64,000 nt of DNA from Fidelibacterota bacterium (GCA_046735395.1 JBJKQR010000063.1:1-64000); one strand, 5' to 3'; counted from the first letter of the stretch, positions 48,503 through 59,072 are shown. Translations and numbers: made by a program. Notes: generated by a model from the sequence alone, not told the origin.

Positions 48503-50302
48503 CTAATTCAACTCCGTCATCTGTCCGGATTTATAGCGAATGATCCGTACCCCGGAGTTGGTGTGTTCCTCACCGGGATTGAACTGTATATTCCGGATAA
48601 GGCCCCGATAGGCCTGAACATCCTGCAGTCTCGACATGAGATCCGCCCGGGTGAAAGCCTTGTTCCGGCTGGCATTGAGGAGAAATGCGATCATTTCATA
48701 TCCGTATATATTCAGCATATTGATATTATCGCCCGTCATATCCGTAAATTTGCGTGAAAGGTCCTGGTATTCGGGACTGGATTCATTAATATAATAATTC
48801 GTACTGAAAATGACACCGTCATCATATCGGCGATATTTGTCAAGCACATCCTGGGAATAAAAGGCGCCGTCACCCAGAAGCTGCAGGTCGAAATTCCAAT
48901 AGGCGATTCCGGAGGTCACATATTTGATATCATCCTGATAAATAGGCAGATAGAGCCCATCAATGGTACTCAGCTTTATACGCAGTGAATCATTGCTGGT
49001 TTTCAGAACCAGGGTCGAATCCAATAAAACATTGTTAGTATCCAGCGTGTCGCTTTCCAGAATATTAAAGGCAATATCGCGCATCTCATGATACTGGATT
49101 TTCAGATCCAGCGGCGTACCGGAATACCAGCCCATATAGACCACTTCTCCGCCCTTGGCTTCTACCGTTGAGATGAATCCTTCCGTGCTGGCTCTGCCGT
49201 AGTCATCTGAGGGGGCAAGCGTGGCAAACGTCTTCAGGCCCAGGGAATCCATGGCAAATTCAGCCAGCGTTTTCGCCCTCTCATATTGATTTGTATTGAA
49301 CTGATAGACCGTATTTCCCAGTTCGGTCAGCTCCCGGATGCTCGCAGTCGGAGCTAATAAGGGCAGATGGTACAGGTCACAGACGGAGGTCATGGCCACG
49401 GCATTCTTTGAATTCAGCGGTCCGATGATCGCGGCCACACTGGGAATTTTTGCCAGATAGCGCGCGGCCCGGACCGACTCCAGGAGTTCTCCGCGGTTAT
49501 CGCGGATCAGCAGATTGAACCGCAGATCACTGTGATTCTTGTACTGCTCGACGGCAAATTTCAAGCCCTGCAGGATGGCCTGCCCATTTTCGGCAGATTC
49601 ACCGCTGAGCGGCAGAACGACACCCAGATCAATTTCCTTCTGCTGAGTTTCACTCTGATATGTTTTTACCAGTTCATTGAACATGAGACTGTCATAATGT
49701 TTTTTCACGGTTGAGCGGATGCTTCGCAAGGCCTGCTCCGCCAATCCCCGTTCCCCGTCCCGCAGGAGCCGGTCGGCCAGAAGCAGTTTGTAAAAGACCA
49801 CATTCTCACTTTTTTTCTGAAAGGCGAGACATCCGGACAGCTGCTCCCGCGTCAGAAAGTAGCGGGAAACTTCACGGGCCAGATCCCGGATACGTCCGTC
49901 CATATCGCTGCTGCTGTAATCCAGGGATTCCAGAAGTGCAGCCATGGCAGCCGGAAAATCATTTTCCTCAATGAGGATATTCGCCCGGATAAACAGGACA
50001 TGTTCGGTATACCGGCTGAATTCAAAGCGATCCATGAATTCGACGCAGTATTCAAGGCACTCCTGATCCTTATTGAGTCGGACGGTGGATTTTATGAGCA
50101 TGAAAAGCTCAACGGAGGCGTAGGGATTTACTTCCGGAGGCATTTCCCGGTACAGTTTTCCGAACATCTCCGCCGCTTCCTGATAATGCCTTTTGTTGTA
50201 GGTTTTCAGAGCTGAGCTCAGATTTTCACGGGCGCTCTGGGCCATCAGTACGGAAACCGACACGGCCAGGAGCAGAAATACATAAACGATTCGCTTCATC
50301 AT
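48503..50302 (-). CDS. Exported TPR-like plus type-1 periplasmic binding domain protein (LpoA-like)
   Basis: Signal peptide; helical N-terminal half; GVVLPLSG, IIGPL, YG. Confidence 0.7.
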   Translation of the reverse strand: MMKRIVYVFLLLAVSVSVLMAQSARENLSSALKTYNKRHYQEAAEMFGKLYREMPPEVNPYASVELFMLIKSTVRLNKDQECLEYCVEFMDRFEFSRYTEHVLFIRANILIEENDFPAAMAALLESLDYSSSDMDGRIRDLAREVSRYFLTREQLSGCLAFQKKSENVVFYKLLLADRLLRDGERGLAEQALRSIRSTVKKHYDSLMFNELVKTYQSETQQKEIDLGVVLPLSGESAENGQAILQGLKFAVEQYKNHSDLRFNLLIRDNRGELLESVRAARYLAKIPSVAAIIGPLNSKNAVAMTSVCDLYHLPLLAPTASIRELTELGNTVYQFNTNQYERAKTLAEFAMDSLGLKTFATLAPSDDYGRASTEGFISTVEAKGGEVVYMGWYSGTPLDLKIQYHEMRDIAFNILESDTLDTNNVLLDSTLVLKTSNDSLRIKLSTIDGLYLPIYQDDIKYVTSGIAYWNFDLQLLGDGAFYSQDVLDKYRRYDDGVIFSTNYYINESSPEYQDLSRKFTDMTGDNINMLNIYGYEMIAFLLNASRNKAFTRADLMSRLQDVQAYRGLIRNIQFNPGEEHTNSGVRIIRYKSGQMTELN

Positions 50303-52128
50303 TCGACTGTTACACTTTTTGCAAGGTTTCGGGGTTGATCCACATTGCAGCCTCTGTACACAGCAATATAGTAGGACAGCAGCTGCAGTGGAATGACAGA
50401 AAGAATTGGCTGAATAAATTCCTCGGTTTCAGGAATGGTGATGGTATAGTCGGCGAGGGCGGCAATTTCGGTGTCACCTTCATTGGCGATGGCAATGACG
50501 CTTCCCTTCCGCGCTTTCACTTCCTGAATATTGGACAGAATTTTATCATAGGTCTTATCCCGCGTCGCGATCACGACAACAGGCATATTTTCATCAATCA
50601 GGGCAATGGGGCCATGCTTCATTTCCGCGGCAGGATATCCCTCCGCGTGAATGTAGGAAATTTCCTTCAGTTTCAGCGCGCCTTCCAATGCAACCGGAAA
50701 CTGATAGCCCCGCCCCAGATACAGGAAATTCCGGTTATCCTTGTAGCGCCCGGCAATCGTCCGAATCAGATCGGTATTTTCCAGAATCCGTTGTACGTTG
50801 CGCTCCAGAGACAACAGGGCCTGCACTTTTTTCTGACCGTCCTCCAGGCTGATGGTACCCAGCATCCGTCCCAGTTTCAGCGCAATGAGCGCCAGAACCG
50901 TCACCTGGGACGTGAAGGCTTTTGTGGAGGCAACACCGATTTCCGGGCCGGCATGAACATAGACGCCCGCATCCGTTTCCCGGGCAATAGTGCTGCCGAC
51001 GGAATTGACGATTCCGATCGTCAGTGCTCCCCGCTCCCTGGCAAGCCGCAGCGCTGCCAGCGTATCGGCCGTTTCCCCGCTTTGGGATATGACCATCACC
51101 ACTGAATCGGAATTGACCAGGCTGTGCCGGTATCTGAATTCACTGGCGTAATCCACATTCACCGGTTTGTGAACAAATTCCTCAAAGAGATACTGCCCGA
51201 TCAGCGCAGCATGCCAGCTGGTCCCGCAGGCTGTAATGGAAATATCCCGGGACCAGAGAATCCGGCCTTCCACCGGCGAAATTCCACCCAGATGGGAAAT
51301 TCCGTCAGCTTCCAGCAAACGTCCCCGCATGGCATCCCGAATGGTGCGCGGCTGTTCATGGATCTCTTTCAGCATGAAATGTTCATATCCGCCCTTTTCA
51401 ATTTCTTCCAGGGACAGACTGAGTTCCGAAACCGTCTTGTCGATGGCTTCATGGTCAATATTATAGGTCTGAACATCCGTGGCGCTGAGTACGGAAATTT
51501 CTCCGTCAGCCAGATAGATGATAGTATTTGTCTGATCAATAAAGGCGGCCGCATCGGACGCGACATAATTCACGCCTTCTCCCACCCCGATCACCAGAGG
51601 GGATCCGAAGCGGGCACAGACAAGCTGCCCGGGATGAGACCGATGGATGACGGCAATGCCATAGGCGCCGACAACACTCTTCAGCGATGTGATGACGGCA
51701 TCCATGAGATTCCCGTGATAATTGTATTGGATTAAATTGGACAGAACTTCCGAATCCGTTTCAGATTTGAAGCTGAATCCGGCAGCCATCAGCATCTTTT
51801 TCAGTGATTCGTAATTTTCAATAATTCCGTTATGAACCAGAGACAGACTGCCGTCCATGCTTTCGTGGGGATGCGCATTTTCGTTGCTCGGTTCACCGTG
51901 GGTCGCCCAGCGCGTATGGCCGATGCCGATGCCGGAAGTCATGTCCTCGCCGGCAAGAAGGGCTTCCAGATTTTTAATCTTTCCTTCCTGTTTCAGCGTC
52001 TTCAGCTTCGAGTCGGATATTATGGAAATGCCGGCAGAATCATAGCCTCTGTATTCCAGACGCTTCAAGCCCTTCAGGATGACAGGTGCCGCATCCTGTT
52101 TTCCGATTATTCCGACTATTCCACACAT
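50299..52128 (-). CDS. glmS: Glutamine--fructose-6-phosphate aminotransferase
   Basis: MCGIVG, LEYRGYDSAG, GHTRWATHG, SQSGET, PRNLAKSVTVE. Confidence 0.98.
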   Translation of the reverse strand: MCGIVGIIGKQDAAPVILKGLKRLEYRGYDSAGISIISDSKLKTLKQEGKIKNLEALLAGEDMTSGIGIGHTRWATHGEPSNENAHPHESMDGSLSLVHNGIIENYESLKKMLMAAGFSFKSETDSEVLSNLIQYNYHGNLMDAVITSLKSVVGAYGIAVIHRSHPGQLVCARFGSPLVIGVGEGVNYVASDAAAFIDQTNTIIYLADGEISVLSATDVQTYNIDHEAIDKTVSELSLSLEEIEKGGYEHFMLKEIHEQPRTIRDAMRGRLLEADGISHLGGISPVEGRILWSRDISITACGTSWHAALIGQYLFEEFVHKPVNVDYASEFRYRHSLVNSDSVVMVISQSGETADTLAALRLARERGALTIGIVNSVGSTIARETDAGVYVHAGPEIGVASTKAFTSQVTVLALIALKLGRMLGTISLEDGQKKVQALLSLERNVQRILENTDLIRTIAGRYKDNRNFLYLGRGYQFPVALEGALKLKEISYIHAEGYPAAEMKHGPIALIDENMPVVVIATRDKTYDKILSNIQEVKARKGSVIAIANEGDTEIAALADYTITIPETEEFIQPILSVIPLQLLSYYIAVYRGCNVDQPRNLAKSVTVE

Positions 52129-52152
52129 AGAGACTGCCTCCGTCAGTTTTTC

Positions 52153-52932
52153 TCAGCCAAATATAGACAATTCGCCGAGGGCCTTCAATCTCTGATAATC
52201 CGTCATATCAATATGCAGCGGCGTCACGGAGATATACCGGTTCTTTACAGACCATTCGTCCGTGTCCGATTCTCCGTTATCCGGTCTTTTCTGGCCAGTG
52301 AGCCAGTAATATTCACGTCCCTGGGGGCTGATCCGCTTTTCAAAATCATCATTCCAAAGTGTCTGTGCCTGGTGCACATAGCGAAATCCCTTCAGTTCTC
52401 CAAAATCGGTCACATTGGGCACATTGATATTCAGGACGGGAAAATCCTTCAGCTTTCCCTGCTGCAGGGCATCCAGTATCAGCCCTGCGACCTGCAGCGC
52501 CGGTTCGTAATTCACCTTTCCCTTGCCGGTCACGCTCAGCGCGATGGACGGAATTCCATGCATGGCGCCTTCAATGGCAGCACCGACCGTTCCGGAATAC
52601 AGGACATTCACGCCCGTGTTGCTGCCTTCATTTATGCCGGAAATCAGCAGATCGGGAAGATCGTCCTTCAGAATCACTTTTATCGCCATCTTCACACAGT
52701 CCACCGGTGTTCCGGTCACCGCGACCCCCTGAATGGCCGTCCCTTCACGATAGCCGTTCCAGGTCAGCGGACTGAACAGGGTAATGGCCTGACTTCGGGC
52801 GCTCTGCTCCGTTTCCGGAGCGACCACCGAGATCCGGGCCCTGTCGGCGAGTCCGCGGTAGAGAACCTTGATCCCCTCTGCATGTATCCCGTCATCATTG
52901 ACCAGGAGTATGTGAGGACGGGGATCAGGCAT
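52153..52932 (-). CDS. surE: 5'/3'-nucleotidase SurE
   Basis: NDDG, GTPVDCV, SGIN.G.N, YSGTV. Confidence 0.95.
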   Translation of the reverse strand: MPDPRPHILLVNDDGIHAEGIKVLYRGLADRARISVVAPETEQSARSQAITLFSPLTWNGYREGTAIQGVAVTGTPVDCVKMAIKVILKDDLPDLLISGINEGSNTGVNVLYSGTVGAAIEGAMHGIPSIALSVTGKGKVNYEPALQVAGLILDALQQGKLKDFPVLNINVPNVTDFGELKGFRYVHQAQTLWNDDFEKRISPQGREYYWLTGQKRPDNGESDTDEWSVKNRYISVTPLHIDMTDYQRLKALGELSIFG

Positions 52933-53764
52933 AGTAGAATCTCAGAAAATCATGAATTTTCGTTTTCAGGTCACGACGGTCAATAATGGCATCCACCATT
53001 CCCTTTTCAAGGAGAAATTCGGAAGTCTGAAATCCGTCCGGCAGATCCTGACCAATCGTCTGCTTGATGACACGCGGCCCGGCAAAACCGATGAGCGCTC
53101 CCGGTTCGGCGATATTGATGTCTCCCAGCATGCTGTAGGACGCGCTGACGCCGCCCGTGGTCGGATTGGTCAGCAGGGAAATATAGGGCAATCCCTTTTC
53201 TGCCAGCATGGCAAGCTTTGAACTTGTCTTTGCCATCTGCAGCAGGGACAGGGCCCCCTCCTGCATGCGGGCGCCGCCTGAAGCGGAAATAATAATCATG
53301 GGCCGTTCGAGGCGGATTGCCTCATCGATGGCCCGGGCAATCTTTTCACCGACAGCCGAACCCAGACTTCCGCCAACAAAGGCAAAATCCATGGCCGCAA
53401 TGACCACCGGAATACCATTCAGCTTGGCCCGGACGGTCACTACCGCCTCGTTCAGACCCGTTTTTTTACGGGCTGCCGAGATCGTGTCCGTGTAGCGTTT
53501 GGGCACTTTGAAATGCAGCGGATCCTTTGACGTCATCTGGCTGTTGAATTCATCAGCGCTTCCCTCGTCACAGAGCAGATCCAGATATTTCGCGGAATTG
53601 ATACGGAAATGATAGGAACATTTCATACAGACGTCCCGGTTCTTTTCCATCTCTTTCCGATACAGAACTTCGTTACACGAAGGACACTTCACCCAGACTC
53701 CGTCCGGGATATCCTTCCGGCTTCCGCCGAATAAATTCTTCGTCGCACGTTCAAACCAACTCAT
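52925..53764 (-). CDS. accD: Acetyl-CoA carboxylase carboxyltransferase beta subunit
   Basis: WVKCPSC...CMKC Zn finger, GGARMQEG, TTGGVSAS, GFAGPRVI. Confidence 0.96.
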   Translation of the reverse strand: MSWFERATKNLFGGSRKDIPDGVWVKCPSCNEVLYRKEMEKNRDVCMKCSYHFRINSAKYLDLLCDEGSADEFNSQMTSKDPLHFKVPKRYTDTISAARKKTGLNEAVVTVRAKLNGIPVVIAAMDFAFVGGSLGSAVGEKIARAIDEAIRLERPMIIISASGGARMQEGALSLLQMAKTSSKLAMLAEKGLPYISLLTNPTTGGVSASYSMLGDINIAEPGALIGFAGPRVIKQTIGQDLPDGFQTSEFLLEKGMVDAIIDRRDLKTKIHDFLRFYYA

Positions 53765-54215
53765 GTTTCCCACCTATGTTTCTGCTCATCAGCAAGGCAT
53801 CGGCGTGTTCGGCCGAATAATAATTCGGACGCCGCCCCACCTGCTGAAAATGATTTTTTCTGTACAGAGCCAGAGCCGCCTCATTTCCCTCACGAACTTC
53901 CAGATTTATCTGATGACAGTGTCGGTCTCCTGCCACACGGATCGCATAGTCGAGCATTTTCTGTGCGATTCCCTGTCGCCGGTGACGCTGATCAACTGAA
54001 ATATTCGTCAGATGCAGCTCATCCAGAACTCTCCATAAAACCATATATGCAATGGGTTTCCCCTCATGGTCACAACTGATCAGATCATGATTTCCACTGT
54101 CAAGATCATCTGCAAACTGCGACACCGTCCACGGAGTCATGAAATTCTCTCTCTCGATGCGCAGTATCTCGTCAAGATCTTCCCGAACCATGCGTCTCAA
54201 TGTCACTGATTCCAT
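53751..54215 (-). CDS. rimI: Ribosomal-protein-alanine N-acetyltransferase
   Basis: ELHLTNISV, RRQGIA, LEVR..N, R.NYY...DA; next to tsaB. Confidence 0.88.
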   Translation of the reverse strand: MESVTLRRMVREDLDEILRIERENFMTPWTVSQFADDLDSGNHDLISCDHEGKPIAYMVLWRVLDELHLTNISVDQRHRRQGIAQKMLDYAIRVAGDRHCHQINLEVREGNEAALALYRKNHFQQVGRRPNYYSAEHADALLMSRNIGGKHELV

Positions 54216-54838
54216 TTTTTCGCTTTGTATTCAATTCCATACCTTAATTTCAGGCCTGTCGTATCCGTTGTCAAGGATACGCCGTTCTGCGCATAATGCG
54301 TGATGAGCAGACCCGCATCCAGCGGCCTGTAAATACGCTCCACTCCGTCAAGTGATATGTCCGCATCATTGGTCAGGATCAGATCAACTCCGGAATACAG
54401 ATCCTGTACTTCAGAGAGAACATGATAACGGATATCCAATTGCGGCTTTCCGCCGGTCCGGGTTCCGACAAAGACGTTTTCCCGATGACTTCTGAATATG
54501 ACCAGCGGCAGACGGGCCGCATCCAGTTCTTTTCGATACTGTCCGGCCAGAGCATCCATGCTGCCCACCAGCCCCATGGGACAGTTCAGAGGCAGAGCCA
54601 GCCCCTTCGCGTAACTCATCCCGATCCGAAGTCCGGTGAAGGATCCGGGCCCGCCGGATACCAGAATTCCCTCCAGCTGTGCGGCGGTGATCCCGCTGTC
54701 TCCCAGAACCGTCTTCACCATCTGTGCCAGATGCTCGGAATGACGATTGGGTTCCTCCAGGGTTTCCATGAAGATCTGTCCCTTCACTTCCAGAGCTGTA
54801 CTGCAGACGGACGAAGATGTTTCAATGGCCAGAATCAT
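54203..54838 (-). CDS. tsaB: t6A biosynthesis protein TsaB
   Basis: ILAIETS, HSE.L, GPGSFTGLRIG. Confidence 0.93.
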   Translation of the reverse strand: MILAIETSSSVCSTALEVKGQIFMETLEEPNRHSEHLAQMVKTVLGDSGITAAQLEGILVSGGPGSFTGLRIGMSYAKGLALPLNCPMGLVGSMDALAGQYRKELDAARLPLVIFRSHRENVFVGTRTGGKPQLDIRYHVLSEVQDLYSGVDLILTNDADISLDGVERIYRPLDAGLLITHYAQNGVSLTTDTTGLKLRYGIEYKAKKWNQ

Positions 54839-55275
54839 AGATCCAGCTCCCGGCCTGATTCGATATCAATGATTCGTTCATTGTCAGATTTTCCCGGCAC
54901 AAACTGCAGATGAATCGCCGACTCCGGCAGCAGGCTGCTGACAATTTCCGGCCATTCAATAATAATCAGCCCGTCCCGGCTCAGATAATCATCCAGCCCC
55001 ATGAAAAGTATTTCCTCGGCCTTTTTCAGCCGGTAACAGTCGAAATGGTACAGATCCCTGTCTCCGTGATATTCATTGATAAGCGTAAATGTGGGACTGG
55101 TTACATCTTCCTTTACTCTGAAATACCTGCTCAGTCCCCGGGTGAAGGTGGTCTTGCCGGAAGCCAGATCTCCCTGCAGAGCAAGAATATCTCCGCTCTG
55201 CAGCCGGGGCGCCAGCGACGAGGCAAAACGCTGCGTTGCTTCAGGGCTGTCGGAGATGTAACGGAATTTATACAT
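54835..55275 (-). CDS. tsaE: t6A biosynthesis ATPase TsaE
   Basis: GDLASGKT, SPTFTL, HFDCYRL, IEW. Confidence 0.95.
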   Translation of the reverse strand: MYKFRYISDSPEATQRFASSLAPRLQSGDILALQGDLASGKTTFTRGLSRYFRVKEDVTSPTFTLINEYHGDRDLYHFDCYRLKKAEEILFMGLDDYLSRDGLIIIEWPEIVSSLLPESAIHLQFVPGKSDNERIIDIESGRELDL

Positions 55276-55284
55276 TCGGACCTG

Positions 55285-56844
55285 TCATTTCGGTGTACAG
55301 ACGGCAACCGGCAGGATCATTTCATCCAGGGAAATTCCTCCGTGCTGAAAGGTATCCGGCAATTGCTTCTGATAGTGACGAAGATTATTGGGATAGACAA
55401 AATAATGGTCTTCCCTGGCAAAAATAAAGTGGGAATTCACCCGGACCGACGGAAGTTTGAAGGCCTGGGGCTCCTTGATGTGAAGCGCCGCACGATGGGG
55501 GACATGAAGATTATTACCGGTTTTATAGCGTACTCCGGTGGTGGTTTCCCGGTCAGCCTTCACAACGGCTGATTTTCGGACTTTCACGCTGCCGTGATCA
55601 CTCGTGACAATGGTTGTGTAATTGAGTTCGGCCGCACGCCGGAATATCTGGGCCAGGTAACTGTGTTCAAACCAGTTGCGGATAATATTCCGATAGCTGC
55701 TTTCATCGGGAAGAATTTCCTGAAGCAGGCTGCTTTCAGAACGGCGGTGAGCCAGAATATCCACAAAATTGATAACGAGGGATATGAACTGATTACCTGA
55801 AAAATCGGAAAAATGCTGGGCAATCTGCTCACCCTGTTTCGAATCGAGAATTTTCATGTATTTTACGCCACCCTTCAGAGTAAGCGAATGCCGGTTCAGG
55901 TACTGGGTCAGCAAATCCCCCTCGAAGCGGTTCATGCTGTCATCCAGATCCGCGTTCTCATATATTTCCGGAAAAAGCCCGGCGATATCCGACGGATACA
56001 GGCCTGAAAAAATCGCATTCCGGCTGTAGGGTGTGGCTGTCGGCAGGATACTCAGATGCTGCGCCATGTCCACATTATAATAATCCTGAATCAGAGGCGC
56101 GATCATCAGCCACTGATCATAGCGCATGCAGTCGATGAGGATGAACAGCACTTTTTCACCGGCCACAAGCCGCGGACGAATGAACGTATCGAGCACCGCT
56201 GCGGAATCGCAGACGGCTTTCCGCGGGTCATTGATCAGATGCTCATATTCTGAGATGATAAATTTCTCAAATTGCTGATTCAACTGGCGTTTCTGCTCCC
56301 CGAACAGCTCAAGCAGATCCTGATGCTGAGTCCGGTCAAATTCCGTTTCCCAGCGGGAGAGCGTAGCGTGCAGGTCAGCCCAGCGTGACAGAGACTCAAT
56401 TCCTTCCTGCAGCTCCTGATTCATATCCTGATAGAAGGTCATATATGAGGTGGCAATGGCCTCCCGGCGGATATCCTTTCGCTCCAGCACCTTTTTCAGC
56501 GCCATGAGCACCTGAGACGGATTCACCGGCTTGAGAAGATAGTCCGTAATCTTTCGCCCGATGGCATCCTCCATGAGGGTTTCCTCCTCATTCTTGGTAA
56601 TCATGATCACCGGCAGAAAATCCTTGATTGACTTGATCTTTTCAAGGACGGCAAGGCCATCCAGGCCTGTCATCATTTCATCGAGCAGTACGGCCTCCAG
56701 ATTCGTCGTCCGAACGATTTCCAGGGCATCGATTCCATTAGTGGCGGTCAGAATTTCATAACCCTTGCCCTCCAGAAACAGAATATGCGGACGCAGCAAC
56801 CCGATTTCATCATCAACCCAGAGAATACGTCTTTTTATATTCAT
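55285..56844 (-). CDS. porX: PorX-like response regulator with PglZ/alkaline-phosphatase domain
   Basis: ILWVDDEI.LL.PH REC domain; IDCMRYDQW, LPTATPYSRN, TSDHG, FQHGGIS; upstream of tsaE as in Bacteroidota. Confidence 0.88.
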   Translation of the reverse strand: MNIKRRILWVDDEIGLLRPHILFLEGKGYEILTATNGIDALEIVRTTNLEAVLLDEMMTGLDGLAVLEKIKSIKDFLPVIMITKNEEETLMEDAIGRKITDYLLKPVNPSQVLMALKKVLERKDIRREAIATSYMTFYQDMNQELQEGIESLSRWADLHATLSRWETEFDRTQHQDLLELFGEQKRQLNQQFEKFIISEYEHLINDPRKAVCDSAAVLDTFIRPRLVAGEKVLFILIDCMRYDQWLMIAPLIQDYYNVDMAQHLSILPTATPYSRNAIFSGLYPSDIAGLFPEIYENADLDDSMNRFEGDLLTQYLNRHSLTLKGGVKYMKILDSKQGEQIAQHFSDFSGNQFISLVINFVDILAHRRSESSLLQEILPDESSYRNIIRNWFEHSYLAQIFRRAAELNYTTIVTSDHGSVKVRKSAVVKADRETTTGVRYKTGNNLHVPHRAALHIKEPQAFKLPSVRVNSHFIFAREDHYFVYPNNLRHYQKQLPDTFQHGGISLDEMILPVAVCTPK

Positions 56845-56849
56845 CCCGA

Positions 56850-56879
56850 AATATACCCTTTTCTGCCAACTATTACCAA
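56850..56879 (-). promoter_or_regulatory. Putative promoter giving a leaderless porX mRNA
   Basis: TTGGTA-N18-TATATT, ending 5 nt before the ATG; no SD. Confidence 0.45.
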
Positions 56880-56981
56880 ATCTGTTTTGCGGCTTCCACC
56901 GCTTGTCAGTCCCTATTCGGTCATCCTGTGATCACCGTCTCTGCCGGCCTGCTTCCGTACCCGGATTTTTCTGCCTTCAAT

Positions 56982-57007
56982 AAAAAAGGCCGCATTGCTG
57001 CGGCCTT
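56982..57007 (-). terminator. Intrinsic terminator after rnc
   Basis: Minus strand AAGGCCGCA-GCAA-TGCGGCC-TTTTTT with a GNRA loop. Confidence 0.85.
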
Positions 57008-57030
57008 GCAATTTCACTGATGTCTCTCGT

Positions 57031-57804
57031 TCAGATTTCGCTGCTTTCCTCGGACTTCAGAAGATCCAGAGCCACTTTTGCGGCTTTCTGACTTGCATCC
57101 TTCTTCGACTTTCCCTTTCCGCAGCCCAGAACACGGCCATCCAGCGAGACACTGATTTCAAATTCCTTGAAATGGTCCGGCCCTTTTTCGTCACTGACAT
57201 CAAAGAGCGGATCGCTGAGTCGTCGCTTCTGACAGTATTCATACAGCAGGCCTTTGTAATTCTGGGTCTCGGGTGCGGGGATCACCTTGTGGTGCTTTAC
57301 CAGCAAGGTGTCATAGACGAACTGATAAGCGGCTTCAAAGCCATTATCCATGTACAGGGCTCCGACAAAGCTTTCATAGATGTCGGAAAGGATCGAATCC
57401 AGCTGTCTCAGATTGTCCTTTTCGCCGCCTTTTCCCAGGATAATGAGTTTCCCGAATCTCAGGGACCGGGAGGTCTTCGCCAGGATGGTCCTGTTGACCA
57501 GCTGAGCTCTCATCTGTGTCAGCCTGCCCTCCGAATATTCTCTGAAATTTTCGTAGAGAAAACGGCTGACGATGAGTTCCAGAACCGCGTCACCGAGAAA
57601 CTCCAACCGTTCGTAGGAGGAATCCCGGGTCTGAGTATCCTGGTCAATGGCCGAGGAATGAAGAAAAGCCTGCTGGAGTATATCCGGATCGGAGAAACGA
57701 CAGCCAGAAATGGCATAGATCTCCCCGGCCAGATCCGTCTTTACCGACCTGAACCGGCGCAAAGACAGGGCTTTCTTCAGAAATCCGGCGAGAGAACGGA
57801 ACAT
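57031..57804 (-). CDS. rnc: Ribonuclease III
   Basis: ERLEFLGDAVL signature; C-terminal dsRBD. Confidence 0.96.
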   Translation of the reverse strand: MFRSLAGFLKKALSLRRFRSVKTDLAGEIYAISGCRFSDPDILQQAFLHSSAIDQDTQTRDSSYERLEFLGDAVLELIVSRFLYENFREYSEGRLTQMRAQLVNRTILAKTSRSLRFGKLIILGKGGEKDNLRQLDSILSDIYESFVGALYMDNGFEAAYQFVYDTLLVKHHKVIPAPETQNYKGLLYEYCQKRRLSDPLFDVSDEKGPDHFKEFEISVSLDGRVLGCGKGKSKKDASQKAAKVALDLLKSEESSEI

Positions 57805-57807
57805 GAT

Positions 57808-59046
57808 TTACGCCTCTCGGAAAACCACTGAAGCATTATGGCCGCCAAAACCGAAGGTATTGGATATCACGGATTTGACAGTCTGCTGCCGTGCTGTATT
57901 CGGTGTGTAATCCAGATCACAGTCAGGATCGGCTTCCTCGAAATTGATGGTCGGAGGAATGACATTATCCTGAATGGCCATGACAGACACGACGGCTTCA
58001 ATAGCTCCGGCTGCTCCCAGCAGATGTCCGGTCATGGATTTGGTGGATGAGATGGCCACTTTCCGTGCATGATCTCCGAAAACGTCCTTGACAGCGGCCG
58101 TTTCCACTTTATCATTCAGTGGAGTGGAGGTTCCGTGTGCATTGATGTAGCTGATATCCTCCGGATTCAGACCGGCATTTCTCAGTGCATCCCTCATACA
58201 TTTTTTCGCGCCCCGGCCATCGGCAATGGGAGCGGTAATGTGAAAGGCATCTGCCGATATACCTGCACCCGCCAGCTCTGCGTAAATCACAGCGCCGCGG
58301 GCAACGGCATGTTCATACTCTTCAAGTACCAGGGCGGCTCCGCCTTCCGCAAGGAGAAACCCGTTGCGGGTGGCATCGAAGGGCCTGGATGCGCGGGTAT
58401 AATTCTCATTATCCCGGCTGAGGGCTTTGATATTGGTAAATCCTGCAATGGACATGGGTGTGACGGCGGCTTCGGACCCACCGCAAATCATGATATCAGC
58501 ATCTCCGAACTGGATATGCCGAAGCCCCAGCATCAGGGCATGATTGGCGGAAGCACAGGCCGATGAAACGGAGTAATTCGGTCCCTGAAGCCCATATTTT
58601 ATGGAAATATGACCGGAGGTGATATCGGGAATCATTTTAGGTATGAAATAGGGAGACACTCTGCGAGGTCCCTTTTCCAGCAGATTCCGATTCTGTTCCT
58701 CAAATGTCAGCAGACCGCCGACGCCGGAAGCCATGATAACTCCCGCCATCTGCAGATCCGTTTTTTCCAGGTCCAGGCCCGAATGAGCCATTGCCTCGTC
58801 AGCAGCCAGGATTCCCCACTGGGTGAAGCGGTCCAGCTTCCCCAGTTCCGTACCCTGAAAATGATCCTCCGGCTTCACATCCTTGACTTCGGCTGCGATT
58901 TTCACCGCAAAGTCACTTGTGTCGAAAGCCTGGATCAGATTCGCTCCGCTGACTCCGTTCTGTATCGCTGACCAGAAGGTTTTTAATCCTGAACCGATCG
59001 GCGATATTACTCCCATACCCGTAACTACTACGCGTCTGCGCATCAT
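57808..59046 (-). CDS. fabF: 3-oxoacyl-ACP synthase II
   Basis: SACAS, NAHGTST, KSMTGHLLGAAG, NTFGFGG. Confidence 0.96.
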   Translation of the reverse strand: MMRRRVVVTGMGVISPIGSGLKTFWSAIQNGVSGANLIQAFDTSDFAVKIAAEVKDVKPEDHFQGTELGKLDRFTQWGILAADEAMAHSGLDLEKTDLQMAGVIMASGVGGLLTFEEQNRNLLEKGPRRVSPYFIPKMIPDITSGHISIKYGLQGPNYSVSSACASANHALMLGLRHIQFGDADIMICGGSEAAVTPMSIAGFTNIKALSRDNENYTRASRPFDATRNGFLLAEGGAALVLEEYEHAVARGAVIYAELAGAGISADAFHITAPIADGRGAKKCMRDALRNAGLNPEDISYINAHGTSTPLNDKVETAAVKDVFGDHARKVAISSTKSMTGHLLGAAGAIEAVVSVMAIQDNVIPPTINFEEADPDCDLDYTPNTARQQTVKSVISNTFGFGGHNASVVFREA

Positions 59047-59072
59047 ATCACTCGATTTTTTTTAGATTAAAA

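Noticed and set aside
52129..52152. glmS ribozyme
   Set aside because: Only 24 nt lie between surE and glmS, leaving no room.
51832..52986. 384-aa plus-strand ORF across glmS/surE
   Set aside because: Antisense to well-conserved genes; no recognisable protein features.
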